64,000 nt of DNA from an uncultured bacterium (GTDB taxonomy: Bacteria; Verrucomicrobiota; Verrucomicrobiia; Verrucomicrobiales; DEV007), in contig CAXBMO010000001.1 of NCBI GenBank assembly GCA_963977015.1, positions 96,001 through 160,000 of the forward strand, in the 5' to 3' direction. Positions 39,657 to 51,390 of the stretch are shown piece after piece. A program made the position numbers and the translations under genes. The notes below the pieces were generated by a model. It saw only the letters and a list, made by a program, of their open reading frames with translations, was not told where the DNA came from and made no database searches. Position 1 is the stretch's first letter, and every line of letters begins with the position of its first letter.

Positions 39657-42600
39657 ATGCCCTTCTCATTCCTCAAATTTCTCGGTCCCTTGCTCTTCGT
39701 AATCCTCGCTGTGGAGGTGTCCGCGAGGGATTCCGGCCCCATTCGCGTGCTTTTTTTGGGGCATGAGGCTGAGAACCATCGCTCGGATCTCTACTATCCC
39801 ATGTTGGCAAAAGCGTTGGGGCGCGACGGGATTTACTTCGACTATGTGACCACGCCGGAGGCCGCCTTTGCTGATTTGGATCACCTGGCGCGTTATGATG
39901 CCGTGCTGTTGTACGCAAATCACCAAACGATTGAGCGGCCGCATTGGGAGAACTTGAAAACGTTTGTCGAGAGGGGCGGGGGCTTTGTCCCGGTGCATTG
40001 CGCGAGTTGGTGTTTCCAGAACATTCTGGAGTTTGATCAGTTGGTGGGAGGACGTTTCAAATCTCATCAGTCAGGTGTCTTTGCGCCGAAAACCGTGTTG
40101 CGCGATCACCCGGCAATGGCGGGAGTTCCGGAATTTGAGGCTTGGGATGAGACGTATTTTCACATCAATCACAACACCGTGGATCGAACGGTGCTTCAGG
40201 TTCGGGAGGCCATGTCCGGTGATCCCCACACCGTGCCTGAGCCTTGGACATGGGTGCGAACACAAGGGGAGGGGCGCGTTTTTTACACGGCCAGTGGTCA
40301 TGACGAACGCGTGTGGTCGAAACCGGAATTTCATGCGCTGTTGAAGTCGGGAATTCTGTGGGCGGTTGGAGATTCAAGAGCCGAAACCTACAAAAACTTC
40401 CTCGCGAACCGGACGCCGCTCACCTACGAGAAGCGAGGCAACATTCCGAACTACGAGAAACGTCCCAAGCCGCTCGATTACCAGCTACCACTCTCTCCGA
40501 AAGACAGTCTGGATTACACTCAAGTTCCGGTTGGCTGGAAATTGGAGTTGTTCGCTTCCGAACCAGAAATCATCAATCCGATCGCCATGGCTTGGGACGA
40601 ACGAGGCCGACTGTGGGTGGCGGAAACGACCGATTATCCGAACGAAGTTCGCGAAAATGGCGGCAATGATAAAATTAAGATTCTGGAGGACACCAACGGC
40701 GACGGACGTTGCGACAAGGTGACGGTTTTTGCTGAGGGGCTCAACATTCCCACCAGCTTGACCTTCGCCAACGGCGGAATCATCGTGGCGCAGGCTCCCC
40801 ACTTTCTGTTTCTCAAAGACACCGATGGCGATGACAAGGCCGACGTCAACACGGTGCTCTTTTCGGGGTGGGGGACGAAGGATACGCACGCTGGTCCCTC
40901 CAATTTGCGCTATGGTTTCGACAACTGGATTTGGGGCGCCGTTGGCTATTCCAGCTTCAACGGAGAGGTCGGAGGAAAGGCCCAGCGCTTTGGATCCGGC
41001 ATCTACCGCTTCAAACCGGACGGCTCCGAAATCGAATTTGTCGCTCAGTTCAACAACAATACGTGGGGACTGGGCTTCAATGCCAATGGCGATGCATTTG
41101 GATCGACTGCGAATCGCAATCCCAGCTTCTTCTGTGGAATCCCGCAGAGCGTTTACGGGAATGAGAAGCGGATGAGCGCCAAAATGATCGCCGATTCCGC
41201 AGATTTTCACCCGATCACGCCCAATATTCGTCAAGTTGATGCGTTTGGCCTCTACACGGCTGGAGCGGGCCATGCCTTGGCGACTTCGGGAAATTTCCCG
41301 GTTGAGTGGCAAAACCGGAGTGCATTTTTGTGTGGACCGACGGGAAACCTGGTTGGCCGGTTCCAGATTTCGCCGAAGGGGGCCGGGTTTGCTGCGAAAA
41401 ATGAGTTTTCAATCGTCGCGAGCGCTGATGAATGGTTTTCGCCCGTGGCTGCCGAAGTGGGGCCCGATGGAAATCTTTGGATCGCCGATTGGTACAACTT
41501 CATCATTCAGCACAATCCGGCCCCGAACGTGGCGCGCGCTGGCTACGACGCCGAAACGGGAATCGGTAATGCGCACGTCAATCCCAATCGCGACACGCAA
41601 CACGGTCGCATTTACCGGCTGATTCGCGACGGCGCAGCTTCCTCGGCAATCACGTCGCTCGAAAATGCGTCCACGGGAGAACTGATCGTTGCATTGGATG
41701 ACGAAAACCTGCATTGGCGATCGATGGCGCAGCGCTTGCTCGTCGAGGCGAAGGATTCTGATTCAGTGGTGGCTTTGCGTGAGAAGGTTCGGTCCACTGG
41801 CGTGGCCGCGATTCATGCGCTTTGGGCGCTCCAGGGAATGGATGAACTCGATCGTGAAACCCATCAATTCGCGCTGTTATCCAGCAATTCGGGGCTGAAG
41901 CGAAACGCGATCAAAGCATTGGGAACGGATCCGGATTCGTTCCAACTCTTTTTCGATTCCGCGGTGGTTGCCGACAAAGATCCTCAAGTCCGTCTTGTCG
42001 CCTTCGCAAAATTGGCAGCGTTTCCTCCAAGTGACACGAAGACCCGAGCCGCGAATGAGTTGATGAAAGTGGAGGAAAACCGGGAAGATGAATGGCTCAG
42101 CCTTGCTCTCCAAGCTGCGGGGGGCGGTATTTCCATAACGTCCTATGAGTTTGGCCCGAATTTGATCCATAACGCGTCCATCGAAGAGGTTGGGAACGGT
42201 CGATTGCCGCATTGGGAATCCAAAACTTTCAAAGGGCGCGCTACACATACCCTCGACACGGGTGAGGCTCGGACCGGACAAAACTCGCTGCGCATTCATT
42301 CGCCGGAAGGCGCTGACGCCAGCTGGTTTACGTGGGTCGAGTTGAAGCCCAATACGGAATACCGTCTCCGGGCATGGATCAAAACCCAGGGGATTCTTGG
42401 TGCTCAAGGCGCACTTCTCAATGTCCATGAACTCCAGCATAAAGCCAAGACCAACGCTCTCATTCGAAACAACAAATGGACTCAGGTTGAGCGAATCTTC
42501 AATTCCGGCGGAGGCGGGAAGATGAGCGTCAATCTGTTGTTCGGAGGATGGGGGACATCGCGGGGAACAGCTTGGTATGATGATGTGGAGCTTCAAGAGA

Positions 42601-42920
42601 TGATCCCCATTCTCAAAACCGCCGAACAACTCAAAATCGTTGGAGATGTGACCCGAGGTCGGCAGATCTTCCACGAGCATCAGGTTGCTGCCTGCATTCG
42701 CTGTCACGTTGTTGGTGGAGAAGGTGGCCCGATCGGTCCGGCGCTCGATGGAATTGCCAGCCGAAAGAGTGAGGAATACCTTCGCGAGAGCCTCATTGAT
42801 CCCCAATCGGTGATTGCGGAGGGGTTCCAACTCGAGATTTCGCCGATGCCGCCGATGAATGTTCTCCTGAAGGAGCAGGAATTCGAGGACGTGATGGCCT
42901 ATGTGATGTCGCTCAAGTAG
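39657..42920 (+). CDS. ThuA-like domain + PVC-type membrane-bound dehydrogenase propeller + HEAT + CBM-like + c-type heme protein
   Basis: Signal peptide, GRVFYTASGH, LFASEP..NPIAMAWDERGRLWV, CIRCH. Confidence 0.85.
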   Translation: MPFSFLKFLGPLLFVILAVEVSARDSGPIRVLFLGHEAENHRSDLYYPMLAKALGRDGIYFDYVTTPEAAFADLDHLARYDAVLLYANHQTIERPHWENLKTFVERGGGFVPVHCASWCFQNILEFDQLVGGRFKSHQSGVFAPKTVLRDHPAMAGVPEFEAWDETYFHINHNTVDRTVLQVREAMSGDPHTVPEPWTWVRTQGEGRVFYTASGHDERVWSKPEFHALLKSGILWAVGDSRAETYKNFLANRTPLTYEKRGNIPNYEKRPKPLDYQLPLSPKDSLDYTQVPVGWKLELFASEPEIINPIAMAWDERGRLWVAETTDYPNEVRENGGNDKIKILEDTNGDGRCDKVTVFAEGLNIPTSLTFANGGIIVAQAPHFLFLKDTDGDDKADVNTVLFSGWGTKDTHAGPSNLRYGFDNWIWGAVGYSSFNGEVGGKAQRFGSGIYRFKPDGSEIEFVAQFNNNTWGLGFNANGDAFGSTANRNPSFFCGIPQSVYGNEKRMSAKMIADSADFHPITPNIRQVDAFGLYTAGAGHALATSGNFPVEWQNRSAFLCGPTGNLVGRFQISPKGAGFAAKNEFSIVASADEWFSPVAAEVGPDGNLWIADWYNFIIQHNPAPNVARAGYDAETGIGNAHVNPNRDTQHGRIYRLIRDGAASSAITSLENASTGELIVALDDENLHWRSMAQRLLVEAKDSDSVVALREKVRSTGVAAIHALWALQGMDELDRETHQFALLSSNSGLKRNAIKALGTDPDSFQLFFDSAVVADKDPQVRLVAFAKLAAFPPSDTKTRAANELMKVEENREDEWLSLALQAAGGGISITSYEFGPNLIHNASIEEVGNGRLPHWESKTFKGRATHTLDTGEARTGQNSLRIHSPEGADASWFTWVELKPNTEYRLRAWIKTQGILGAQGALLNVHELQHKAKTNALIRNNKWTQVERIFNSGGGGKMSVNLLFGGWGTSRGTAWYDDVELQEMIPILKTAEQLKIVGDVTRGRQIFHEHQVAACIRCHVVGGEGGPIGPALDGIASRKSEEYLRESLIDPQSVIAEGFQLEISPMPPMNVLLKEQEFEDVMAYVMSLK

Positions 42921-43029
42921 TGCGTGATCGGTCTTCCAGACCCGGTAAAGTTGGGTTCACGCCAAGGTTTGGAGCGATTTTTGCGTAAGAAACGCGGTTT
43001 CGCGACATTGTACGGAGTCCACGCCCTCC

Positions 43030-46000
43030 ATGACTGCCGTCAAAAACATTCCCTTGCTCCTATTGACCCTTCTCGCGCCGGCCGTCGGTTGGGCGGAGTC
43101 GAAACTCGATTTCAACCGCGACGTCCGCCCAATTCTCTCGGACAAGTGTTTTCACTGCCATGGACCGGATTCGAAGAACCAAAAATCGGATTTCCGGCTC
43201 GATTCCGAGGAGGCGATCCTCGCGGATCTTGGTGGCGGTGTTGTTGGTGTGAAACCCGGCAGCCTGGAAGACAGTGAACTCCATTGGCGGATTCATGACG
43301 AGGAAGATCCGATGCCGCCAACGGATTCGAATCGCTACCTGAGCAAGGGCGAAAAGGCGATTTTGGATCGGTGGATTGAAGAAGGCGCGCCATACGACAA
43401 GCATTGGGCTTTCAGAGTTCCGCAGCGACCGGAGGTTCCTGAGACGAAGGCCGCGTGGGGTTCCAATCCGATCGACAAATTCATCCTCGAACGGCTCGAG
43501 GCCGAAGGACTTCAGCCCTCCCAACCCGCTTCCCGCGAAACCTTGCTGCGGCGGGCGTCAATGACCCTCACCGGCCTGATTCCGACGCCTGAGGAAATGC
43601 GAACGTTCCTTGGGGACGACTCGCCAGACGCTTACGAAAAGCAACTCAAGCGGCTGCTTGCCACAACCGACTACGCCGAGCGCCAAACTCTCCGTTGGCT
43701 TGATGCGGCCCGCTTTGCCGACACCGACGGCTATCAAAACGACGCTCATCGTTCCAACTGGCCGTGGCGCGATTGGGTCATTCAGGCTTTCCATGAAAAT
43801 AAACCCTTCGATGAATTCACCATCGAACAGATCGCGGGAGATATGCTCCCGGAAGCGACCAACAGCCAGATACTCGCCTCTGCCTTTAACCGCAACCATC
43901 GCCAGAATTCGGAGGGCGGCGCATTGGCGGAAGAGTTTTTCGTCGAGAACGTGATCGATCGAGTGGAAACCACTTCCACGGTGTTCCTGGGCCTCACGAT
44001 GGGGTGTGCCAGGTGTCACGATCATAAATATGACCCGCTAAGCCAGAAGGAATTCTACCAAATGTTCGCCTACTTCAATAACATTGGCGAACGCGGCACG
44101 GGAAAAGGCATTGCAGCCAATCCCATTCTGAAGGCCGCCTCGCCGCTGGTGGACGTGCCTCAAGACATTCTTACGAAGCGCAATTCGGCGGAGGAAGCGT
44201 TGCGAGAGGCGAAGAAGGGGCTTCGGGAGCGTCGGGAAGCCTGGGTGCAAAAGCTCGTGACCGACTCGGAGCGTGGCGAGATCGCATGGGCCTTGCCCGA
44301 AATTACCGCAGCGACTTCGACCGAGGGCATCCTTCAGGATCAAGAAGATGGAAGCTGGATACTGGAGGGCAGAGCAACCTATCCCAGCTACACCATTTCG
44401 TTCAGACCCGGTTCCAGCTCGATCACGGCGTTGCGCATCGATGCCTTGCCGGATGCGAGTTTTGCCAAACCCCGCCAACTTTCCCGCAGCACGAATGGCA
44501 ACTTTGTTCTCACAGAGGTCGAACTGAAAATTGACGGCAAACCGATCACGTTTCGGGAGGCTGTTGCCAGTTTTGAGCAGGCGACCTATCCCGCGGCACA
44601 GGCGATCGATGGCAACGCCAAATCCGGTTGGGCGGTCTACGATCAGAAGCCGGCCGAAGTCAGCCTCTTGCTCAAACTGACCGCTCCCTTGAAAGCGACG
44701 GCCGAGAGCGAGCTGACTCTGGTGTTGCATCACCAATCGCAATACGGCGCCCACAACATCGGAAAGTTTCGCCTGTCGCAAACTGATCGCGCTCAACCAA
44801 CGCTGGAGAATGGACGTCCCAACCTCAAGCTTCTTGCCGCCGCGAAGATTCCAGCCACGGAGCGTGACCGCAACCAGGTTAAACTGATCAACGAGGCGTT
44901 CACCAGGCAGGACGGCCCGATTCTGGAGGCCCAGGGGCGCGTCGATGCGATCAATAAGCAGCTCGTTGCCGGTGGATTCCTTGATGTGCCTGTCATGGTG
45001 ATGCAGGAGCGGGAGGGCGAGCCAATACCGGCCTACCTTCTGAATCGTGGTAGCTATCTGGAGCCGGACCAATCTGAAACGATGACTCGCCAGATGCCGG
45101 CTGCGCTGTTTTCGGGCGAGAATCCCAAGCAGCCGGCGAACCGGTTGGAACTCGCGCAGTGGTTGGTTTCCCGTGAAAACCCACTCACCGCACGGGTGAT
45201 CGTGAACCGGGTTTGGCAGAGCGTTTTCGGCACGGGGCTGGTCAAAACGGTCGAAGATTTTGGATTGCAGGGCGAGATTCCCTCGCATCCGGAATTGCTC
45301 GACTGGTTGGCGGTGGAATTCATGGAATCTGGCTGGGATCTCGGTGAGCTGTTTACGTTGATCCTCACAAGCGAGACGTATCGGCAACGCTCAAGTTCCA
45401 CCCCTGAGATGAGGAACGTTGATCCCGAAAATCGACTTCTCGCTCGGGGGCCACGCTATCGCATGGACGGTTTTGCGATACGCGACATCGCTCTACAAGC
45501 CGCAGGACTGCTTGACGAACGCGTTGGAGGGCAGCCTGTGAAACCCTACCAGCCCGAAGGCCTGTGGAATGCGGTGAGTGCCGGCGCCAGCACCCGCTAC
45601 GCGATGGGACGAGGCAATGACCTCTATCGCAAAAGTATTTACACCTACTGGAAACGCGCGGTAAATCCGCCCAGACAAATCATCTTTGATGCGGCAGGGC
45701 GCGAGGCGTGCAATGTCAATTCACGAGTCACCAACACGCCGCTACAGGCGCTGGTTTTGATGAACGACGTTACGTTTGTCGAAGCCGCGCGGAATCTGGC
45801 TGAACGAGGCCTGAAATCGCCCAATGCCGATTCGCTGGCCGAGATTTACCAACTGGCCACTTCCCGCCAAGTCAAGCCTGAGATCCTGACCGTGCTGCGG
45901 GAACATCTGGCTTGGTTCGAAGCACACTTTTCTTCGAAACCGGAGGCCACCGAAACGTATCTCTCCATGGGCGAATCGCCTCGCGACAAACAGCTCGATC

Positions 46001-46074
46001 CCGTCGAGCACGCCGCCCACACTGCCGTTGCTCACCTGATTTTGAATCTCGACGAAACCATCACGCTCGAATGA
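43030..46074 (+). CDS. Planctomycete cytochrome c / DUF1549 / DUF1553 protein
   Basis: [58 protein letters not shown]. Confidence 0.9.
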   Translation: MTAVKNIPLLLLTLLAPAVGWAESKLDFNRDVRPILSDKCFHCHGPDSKNQKSDFRLDSEEAILADLGGGVVGVKPGSLEDSELHWRIHDEEDPMPPTDSNRYLSKGEKAILDRWIEEGAPYDKHWAFRVPQRPEVPETKAAWGSNPIDKFILERLEAEGLQPSQPASRETLLRRASMTLTGLIPTPEEMRTFLGDDSPDAYEKQLKRLLATTDYAERQTLRWLDAARFADTDGYQNDAHRSNWPWRDWVIQAFHENKPFDEFTIEQIAGDMLPEATNSQILASAFNRNHRQNSEGGALAEEFFVENVIDRVETTSTVFLGLTMGCARCHDHKYDPLSQKEFYQMFAYFNNIGERGTGKGIAANPILKAASPLVDVPQDILTKRNSAEEALREAKKGLRERREAWVQKLVTDSERGEIAWALPEITAATSTEGILQDQEDGSWILEGRATYPSYTISFRPGSSSITALRIDALPDASFAKPRQLSRSTNGNFVLTEVELKIDGKPITFREAVASFEQATYPAAQAIDGNAKSGWAVYDQKPAEVSLLLKLTAPLKATAESELTLVLHHQSQYGAHNIGKFRLSQTDRAQPTLENGRPNLKLLAAAKIPATERDRNQVKLINEAFTRQDGPILEAQGRVDAINKQLVAGGFLDVPVMVMQEREGEPIPAYLLNRGSYLEPDQSETMTRQMPAALFSGENPKQPANRLELAQWLVSRENPLTARVIVNRVWQSVFGTGLVKTVEDFGLQGEIPSHPELLDWLAVEFMESGWDLGELFTLILTSETYRQRSSSTPEMRNVDPENRLLARGPRYRMDGFAIRDIALQAAGLLDERVGGQPVKPYQPEGLWNAVSAGASTRYAMGRGNDLYRKSIYTYWKRAVNPPRQIIFDAAGREACNVNSRVTNTPLQALVLMNDVTFVEAARNLAERGLKSPNADSLAEIYQLATSRQVKPEILTVLREHLAWFEAHFSSKPEATETYLSMGESPRDKQLDPVEHAAHTAVAHLILNLDETITLE

Positions 46075-47516
46075 ACCCGCTCGCCGAATCCCATTTTCTC
46101 GAAAATCGACGTCAATTCTTCAGCCGCTCAGCCAAAGGGGTTGGCGTTGCGGCGCTGGCCTCGTTGTTGAACCAGGACCTTCCCGCCTCGGTGTCGAATG
46201 GCACGATGAAAGCGTTCCACTTTGCCCCAAAAGCGAAGCGAGTGATCTACATGTTCCAAAGCGGGGCGCCGTCGCAGCAGGATCTTTTCGACTACAAACC
46301 AAAGCTGCAAAAGCACTTTGGTGAGGACATGCGGGACCATTTTGAGATGACCCAACGCGTCACCGGAATGACGAAAGGGCAAAAGGCGTTTCCATTGGCC
46401 GGCACACGCTACAAATTTGAAAAACACGGCGAGTGCGGAATGGAAATCAGTGAGCTATTGCCGCACATCTCGGGAATTGCCGACGATATCTGCCTGATTC
46501 GGTCGATGCACACCGAGGCGATCAACCACGATCCGGCGATCACGTTTTTTCAGACCGGACATCAACTCGCCGGAAGGCCCAGTATCGGTTCGTGGCTTTC
46601 CTACGGTCTCGGTTCAGCCAACAACAATCTGCCGACTTTCGTTGCCCTGGCTTCGCGGGGAACCGGGCGTCCCAACTGCCAACCACTCTACGACCGGCTT
46701 TGGGGGAGCGGTTTTTTGCCGACGCAGCATGCCGGAGTAAAGTTCATGGGGGTGGGCGATCCGGTCTTGTATCTCAAGAATCCGGCCGGATTCGACAAAT
46801 CAGCGCGCCGCAGGATGCTTGATGACCTCAGCAGATTGAATCAACAGAAGTTGGAAGCATTCGGCGATCCCGAAATCGCGACCCGCATCCAGCAATACGA
46901 AATGGCTTACCGAATGCAGACTTCCGTGCCGGAGCTGGTCGATTTTTCCGATGAGCCGCAGCACATTCTCGACATGTATGGGCCCAACGTGATGAAGCGT
47001 GGCACCTATGCCTTCAATGCGCTACTGGCCCGGCGACTGGCGGAGCGAGATGTGCGTTTCATCCAGATGTTTCATATGGGTTGGGACCAGCATGGGAATT
47101 TGCACAATCAACTCTCCGGACAGTGTCGCGATGCAGACCAGGCTTCGGCCGCCTTGGTCAAGGACCTGAAACAGCGTGGAATGTTGGACGATACCTTGGT
47201 CATCTGGGGTGGTGAATTTGGACGCACCTCCTATTGCCAGGGCAAATTGACCCGGGAAGTTTATGGTCGCGACCACCATCCGCGTTGTTTCTCGATCTGG
47301 ATGACCGGCGCAGGAGTCAAACGGGGGATGACCTATGGCGCGACGGATGACTACTGCTACAACATCACGGAGAATCCGGTTCATGTGCATGACCTGCACG
47401 CGACAATGTTGCAGCAGTTGGGGATCGATCACGAGAAGCTGACCTACCGTTTTCAAGGCCGCTACTTCCGCTTAACCGATGTGCACGGGCACGTCGTGAA
47501 GGATATCCTGGGTTGA
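46071..47516 (+). CDS. DUF1501 protein (Tat-like leader)
   Basis: [38 protein letters not shown] 46071 overlaps the upstream stop. Confidence 0.9.
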   Translation: MNPLAESHFLENRRQFFSRSAKGVGVAALASLLNQDLPASVSNGTMKAFHFAPKAKRVIYMFQSGAPSQQDLFDYKPKLQKHFGEDMRDHFEMTQRVTGMTKGQKAFPLAGTRYKFEKHGECGMEISELLPHISGIADDICLIRSMHTEAINHDPAITFFQTGHQLAGRPSIGSWLSYGLGSANNNLPTFVALASRGTGRPNCQPLYDRLWGSGFLPTQHAGVKFMGVGDPVLYLKNPAGFDKSARRRMLDDLSRLNQQKLEAFGDPEIATRIQQYEMAYRMQTSVPELVDFSDEPQHILDMYGPNVMKRGTYAFNALLARRLAERDVRFIQMFHMGWDQHGNLHNQLSGQCRDADQASAALVKDLKQRGMLDDTLVIWGGEFGRTSYCQGKLTREVYGRDHHPRCFSIWMTGAGVKRGMTYGATDDYCYNITENPVHVHDLHATMLQQLGIDHEKLTYRFQGRYFRLTDVHGHVVKDILG

Positions 47517-47544
47517 TTCGCGGAAGCCTGGGAAGAAATGAGAG

Positions 47545-47617
47545 AGCCGACTGTCGGACTCGAACCGACGACCCCGAGATTACAAATCACGTGCTCTACC
47601 AACTGAGCTAAGTCGGC
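47545..47617 (-). tRNA. tRNA-Thr(TGT)
   Basis: GCCGACT/AGTCGGC acceptor stem, AGCTCAGTTGGTAGAGC D-arm, anticodon loop TTTGTAA, GGTTCGAGTCC T-arm; CCA not encoded. Confidence 0.95.
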
Positions 47618-47839
47618 CAAAAAGGGGCAGGATCCTAAATCGAAGTGATTTGGGGCGCAACTGATTCTTTGCACGAGATTTGTTTGTCAGAATGTCGGAA
47701 ATGAACCGTCCTAACGAGGCGAAAAACGGGTGGACACGGGTTGACATTGCGACGAAGTATGCTCCCGATTTACACGACACCTTGTAGGTTCGTCAGGATC
47801 GTAAACCACGCAAATACTGCGGTAAGCACGACGCACATT

Positions 47840-48937
47840 ATGAAATTTAAGATCACGAAAGAGAAATTCATGGAGGGCCTGTCCCAGGTTCAGCACGTCG
47901 TGAGCACCCGCACTACTTTGCCGATTCTTTCCAATGTTTTGATGGAGGCAACCGACGGGGAAATTCGCCTGACGACAACGGACCTGGACGTCGGTGTTCG
48001 CGGTTCCGTCAGCGCAGATGTGGAAGCTAGCGGTTCGACGACGCTTCCGGCGCGGAAGTTGGCGACCATCGTGCGGGAGCTGCCCACCAGCGAGATCGAG
48101 TTTGAGGTCAACGAGAACAACATCGCTCACATCCATGCGGGGCCGAGTTTCTTCAAAATTCTTGGTTTGAGTGAGGACGAGTTTCCTCCGCTGCCTGATT
48201 TTGAGGATGCGATCGTCTTCAACGTTGAGCAGAAGGTGCTCAAAGAGGGGCTGAAAAAGACTTCCTACGCGATTTCGACCGATGAGACTCGCTACGTTCT
48301 GAACGGCATTTTCTGCTCGTTCAAGGATCAGCAACTAACGCTGGTGGCGACAGATGGCCGGCGGTTGGCAATGGTTGATAGTGATCTTGAGTTTCCCGAT
48401 TCCCAAGAGCGCGAAATCATTGTTCCGACGAAGGCTGTGAACGAATTGCAGCGTCTGTTGGCAGATGCTGGTGAGGTCAAGATTTCCGTGAGCGACAGCC
48501 AGATTGCCTTCGAGTTGAACGGCTACCTGCTCACCAGTAAGTTGATCGAGGGGAATTATCCGAATTTCCGCCAAGTTATCCCCGGCGAAACGAAGCATCG
48601 TGTCACCATGGATCGCGAGACTCTGCGCGAGATTGTCCATCGGGTGTCGCTCCTCACGAGCGATAAGTCGAGTTCAATCAAGATGCACTTTACCGAGGAC
48701 AACATCGAGGTGATGGCCAATTCGCCCGATGTTGGAGAGGCGCGCGAATCCCTTCCGGTCTCCTACAAGGGGGATGAGATGTCGATTGCGTTCAATCCGG
48801 AATTCTTGATGGCGCCACTTCGCAATCTGGAAACGGATGAGGTTCACCTCGATTTGATCGATGAAATGAGCCCCGGCGTCCTTCGCATCAACGAGCCCTT
48901 CCTCTACGTGTTGATGCCCATGCGGGTAACTGGCTGA
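47840..48937 (+). CDS. dnaN: DNA polymerase III beta clamp
   Basis: TLPILSNVL, DETRYVLNG, VATDGRRLA, LIEGNYPNF, YVLMPMR; start ATG 47840. Confidence 0.97.
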   Translation: MKFKITKEKFMEGLSQVQHVVSTRTTLPILSNVLMEATDGEIRLTTTDLDVGVRGSVSADVEASGSTTLPARKLATIVRELPTSEIEFEVNENNIAHIHAGPSFFKILGLSEDEFPPLPDFEDAIVFNVEQKVLKEGLKKTSYAISTDETRYVLNGIFCSFKDQQLTLVATDGRRLAMVDSDLEFPDSQEREIIVPTKAVNELQRLLADAGEVKISVSDSQIAFELNGYLLTSKLIEGNYPNFRQVIPGETKHRVTMDRETLREIVHRVSLLTSDKSSSIKMHFTEDNIEVMANSPDVGEARESLPVSYKGDEMSIAFNPEFLMAPLRNLETDEVHLDLIDEMSPGVLRINEPFLYVLMPMRVTG

Positions 48938-48942
48938 TCCAA

Positions 48943-48966
48943 GGCGGCCCGAAAGGGGCTGCTGTT
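48943..48966 (+). terminator. Hairpin between convergent dnaN and GYF-domain genes
   Basis: GGCGGCCC-GAAAG-GGGCTGCT; weak U tract. Confidence 0.45.
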
Positions 48967-48970
48967 GAAT

Positions 48971-49585
48971 TCAGGTCGTTGCTTCTTCTGTGCTTTTAAG
49001 TTCTCCGGCTATTTTGGAGAGACGCTCCAATTGGTGGTGCGGAATCTTGTCGATGTCGACACGCTCTCCTGAATTGAGAAGGATACTGAAGGTTCCCTTT
49101 TTCTCTCCAGGTTTGATCCGCTCGGTGGCGTCGCAGACGTCATCAACGCCATAGATGTCGAACTCGAGCGTGCCGGTCATTTTGTGGTGAATCACGCAGA
49201 TTCGTAAATTGGTGATTGCGACCGAAATCGGACTCGTCAGTCGGACGGGACCGGTAAGGCTGAGTGCGGGAAGATCCTGCACGGCGATGTAAAAGATGTC
49301 TTCATCATCTCCGAGAGCCGAACTCAGTTTGTTGAAGGCATCCGTCAACATTTCGCGGTCTTGGCCATCGTCTTCAAAATTGGCGATCGCCTGATGCAAA
49401 TCAAAGACCTCCGAAATGGGAGTCCAGTTCTCCAGGCCTTCGTAGAAAACGAAGTCCTTGGATTTGATCGCTCCTTCATTGAGGAGCTCTACCAATTGGT
49501 TTTGGCTATAAGGTCCAATTGGAGTTTCTTCTCCAGAACGAAGAATGGAGAATATTTGATATTCCGGAAGCTCAGCAGTACTCAT
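48971..49585 (-). CDS. GYF_2 (DUF4339)-domain protein
   Basis: GPYS...L...G.I...VFYEGLENWTPI; start ATG 49585. Confidence 0.7.
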   Translation of the reverse strand: MSTAELPEYQIFSILRSGEETPIGPYSQNQLVELLNEGAIKSKDFVFYEGLENWTPISEVFDLHQAIANFEDDGQDREMLTDAFNKLSSALGDDEDIFYIAVQDLPALSLTGPVRLTSPISVAITNLRICVIHHKMTGTLEFDIYGVDDVCDATERIKPGEKKGTFSILLNSGERVDIDKIPHHQLERLSKIAGELKSTEEATT

Positions 49586-49843
49586 GGCGGGGGTGTTTAA
49601 GGGGGTGTGGACTATTTCCACATGGTGCAACAACAAGCTTAAATGATCATCAGGGATTCGCGAGCTACGAGACAAGAGGGAAATGAGGCTAATGATTGAT
49701 CAATTTGCGAAGCGAGCATTCAAAACGGGAGAGGGCGAAGAGGCCTGCGATATTGGAGAATTTGCCACGTTGCCAAGATTTCACGACGTTCAGGTGATTG
49801 AACAGGCGTTGCGAAGTCCTGCTTTAACCTGTATCTTCGCCGC

Positions 49844-51010
49844 ATGTACGACCCACGGATTGATGAACTCGCTCGCCAACTTGTCCGCTATTCAACCAGT
49901 GTTACAAAGGGCGACAAAGTCCTGATTGAAGCCTTTGATGTACCGGATTCGATCACGATTGCACTGGTAAGGGCTGTTCGTGCGGCAAAGGCGACGCCAT
50001 TGGTCAATCTCCATCAAGCGAAGATCAATCGTGAGTTGGGTCTCCATGCCACTGAAGAACAATATAACATCATCGGGCGTCAGTCGCTCGATCAGATGAA
50101 AGGGATCGATGTATATATTGCGATTCGTGGAAGTAATAATATCAACGAGTTGAGCGACGTCCCTGCAGACAAGATGAAGCTGATTGCTTCGAAGATGCGG
50201 CCAACGCTGAATCATCGCGTCAACAAAACCCGTTGGTGTGTCTTGCGCTGGCCAACGACCGCCATGGCGCAGCAGGCGAATATGAGCACGGAAGCTTTTG
50301 AGGACTTTTACTTCCGGGTTTGTCTGTTGGACTACAAGAGCATGCTGCCTGCGATGCGCGCTCTCAAACGGATGATGGATGCGGCGGATCATGTCCACAT
50401 CATGGGACCGGAGACGGATCTGCGATTCAGTATCAAAGGTTTGGAGGCAATTGCCTGCGGAGGAACCCATAACATTCCAGATGGAGAGTGTTTTACGTCT
50501 CCCGTCAAAGAAAGCGTGGAAGGCAAGATTACCTACAATGCGCCAACCGTGTATCAGGGAACGGCATTCGACAATGTTTGCCTGGAGTTTGAGCGTGGCA
50601 AAATTGTGAATGCGACATCAAGCAATACGAAAGCACTGAATCGCATTCTCGATTCAGATGCAGGCTCCCGTTATATCGGGGAATTTGCGATCGCCTTTAA
50701 TAACGAGATCAAGGAGCCGATGCGTGACATTCTGTTTGATGAGAAGATCGGTGGTTCTTTTCACTTTACGCCAGGCCAAGCCTACGAAGGTGTCGCGGAC
50801 AACGGCAATCGCAGCCAGGTGCATTGGGACATGGTGCAAATTCAGCGGAAAGACTGGGGAGGCGGCGAGATTTACTTCGATGGCAAACTGATCCGGAAAG
50901 ATGGGCTCTTTGTTCCAACCAGCCTTCATCGACTGAATCCGAAAGGTGCGGCACCCAAAGTCGGGGTTGCTCGCAAGAAGGCGGCAGCCAACGCCAAGAA
51001 GGCGGGATGA
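49844..51010 (+). CDS. Aminopeptidase (M29/AmpS-like)
   Basis: [40 protein letters not shown]. Confidence 0.92.
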   Translation: MYDPRIDELARQLVRYSTSVTKGDKVLIEAFDVPDSITIALVRAVRAAKATPLVNLHQAKINRELGLHATEEQYNIIGRQSLDQMKGIDVYIAIRGSNNINELSDVPADKMKLIASKMRPTLNHRVNKTRWCVLRWPTTAMAQQANMSTEAFEDFYFRVCLLDYKSMLPAMRALKRMMDAADHVHIMGPETDLRFSIKGLEAIACGGTHNIPDGECFTSPVKESVEGKITYNAPTVYQGTAFDNVCLEFERGKIVNATSSNTKALNRILDSDAGSRYIGEFAIAFNNEIKEPMRDILFDEKIGGSFHFTPGQAYEGVADNGNRSQVHWDMVQIQRKDWGGGEIYFDGKLIRKDGLFVPTSLHRLNPKGAAPKVGVARKKAAANAKKAG

Positions 51011-51390
51011 AGCTGATTCTCTTTGTCGGAATTGGTGGGTTTCTTGGAGCCGTTTGTCGTCACCTCCTGGCTGGAGCCGTGGATCGCTGGCAGACGTTGT
51101 CCGGATTTCCCTGGGGGATCTTTGCGGCCAATATCATTGGTTGCCTTCTAATCGGCGTGTTCTTTGGATACTCGGTCAATGTCAAAAGCGTGACTGAGGA
51201 GACGCGATTGCTCCTGACCACCGGGTTTTTGGGGAGTTTGACGACCTTCTCAACCTTCAGCCTTCAGACATTGGAACTCCTGCGTGCCGGGCAGGTTGGC
51301 CTGGGATTGGCCAACATTGGGGCAAGCATCGTTGTCGGACTGCTGGCGGTCTGGTTGGGATTCGGAATCGTGTCCTGGTTCCGGACTTAG
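51007..51390 (+). CDS. crcB: Fluoride channel Fluc/CrcB
   Basis: [33 protein letters not shown] 51007 overlaps the upstream stop. Confidence 0.93.
   Translation: MKLILFVGIGGFLGAVCRHLLAGAVDRWQTLSGFPWGIFAANIIGCLLIGVFFGYSVNVKSVTEETRLLLTTGFLGSLTTFSTFSLQTLELLRAGQVGLGLANIGASIVVGLLAVWLGFGIVSWFRT

Noticed and set aside
44038-45387. 449-aa antisense ORF (similarly 33778-34932 and 41877-42830)
   Set aside because: Shadow frames of well-supported genes in GC-rich DNA, with no motifs
47517-47700. tRNA-Thr as an integration site
   Set aside because: No integrase, and I saw no duplicated tRNA 3' end in the window
47731-47763. sigma70 promoter TTGACA...TATGCT upstream of dnaN
   Set aside because: The spacer is only 11 bp
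50940-51010. Fluoride riboswitch ahead of crcB
   Set aside because: crcB overlaps the aminopeptidase stop, so there is no leader, and I saw no consensus
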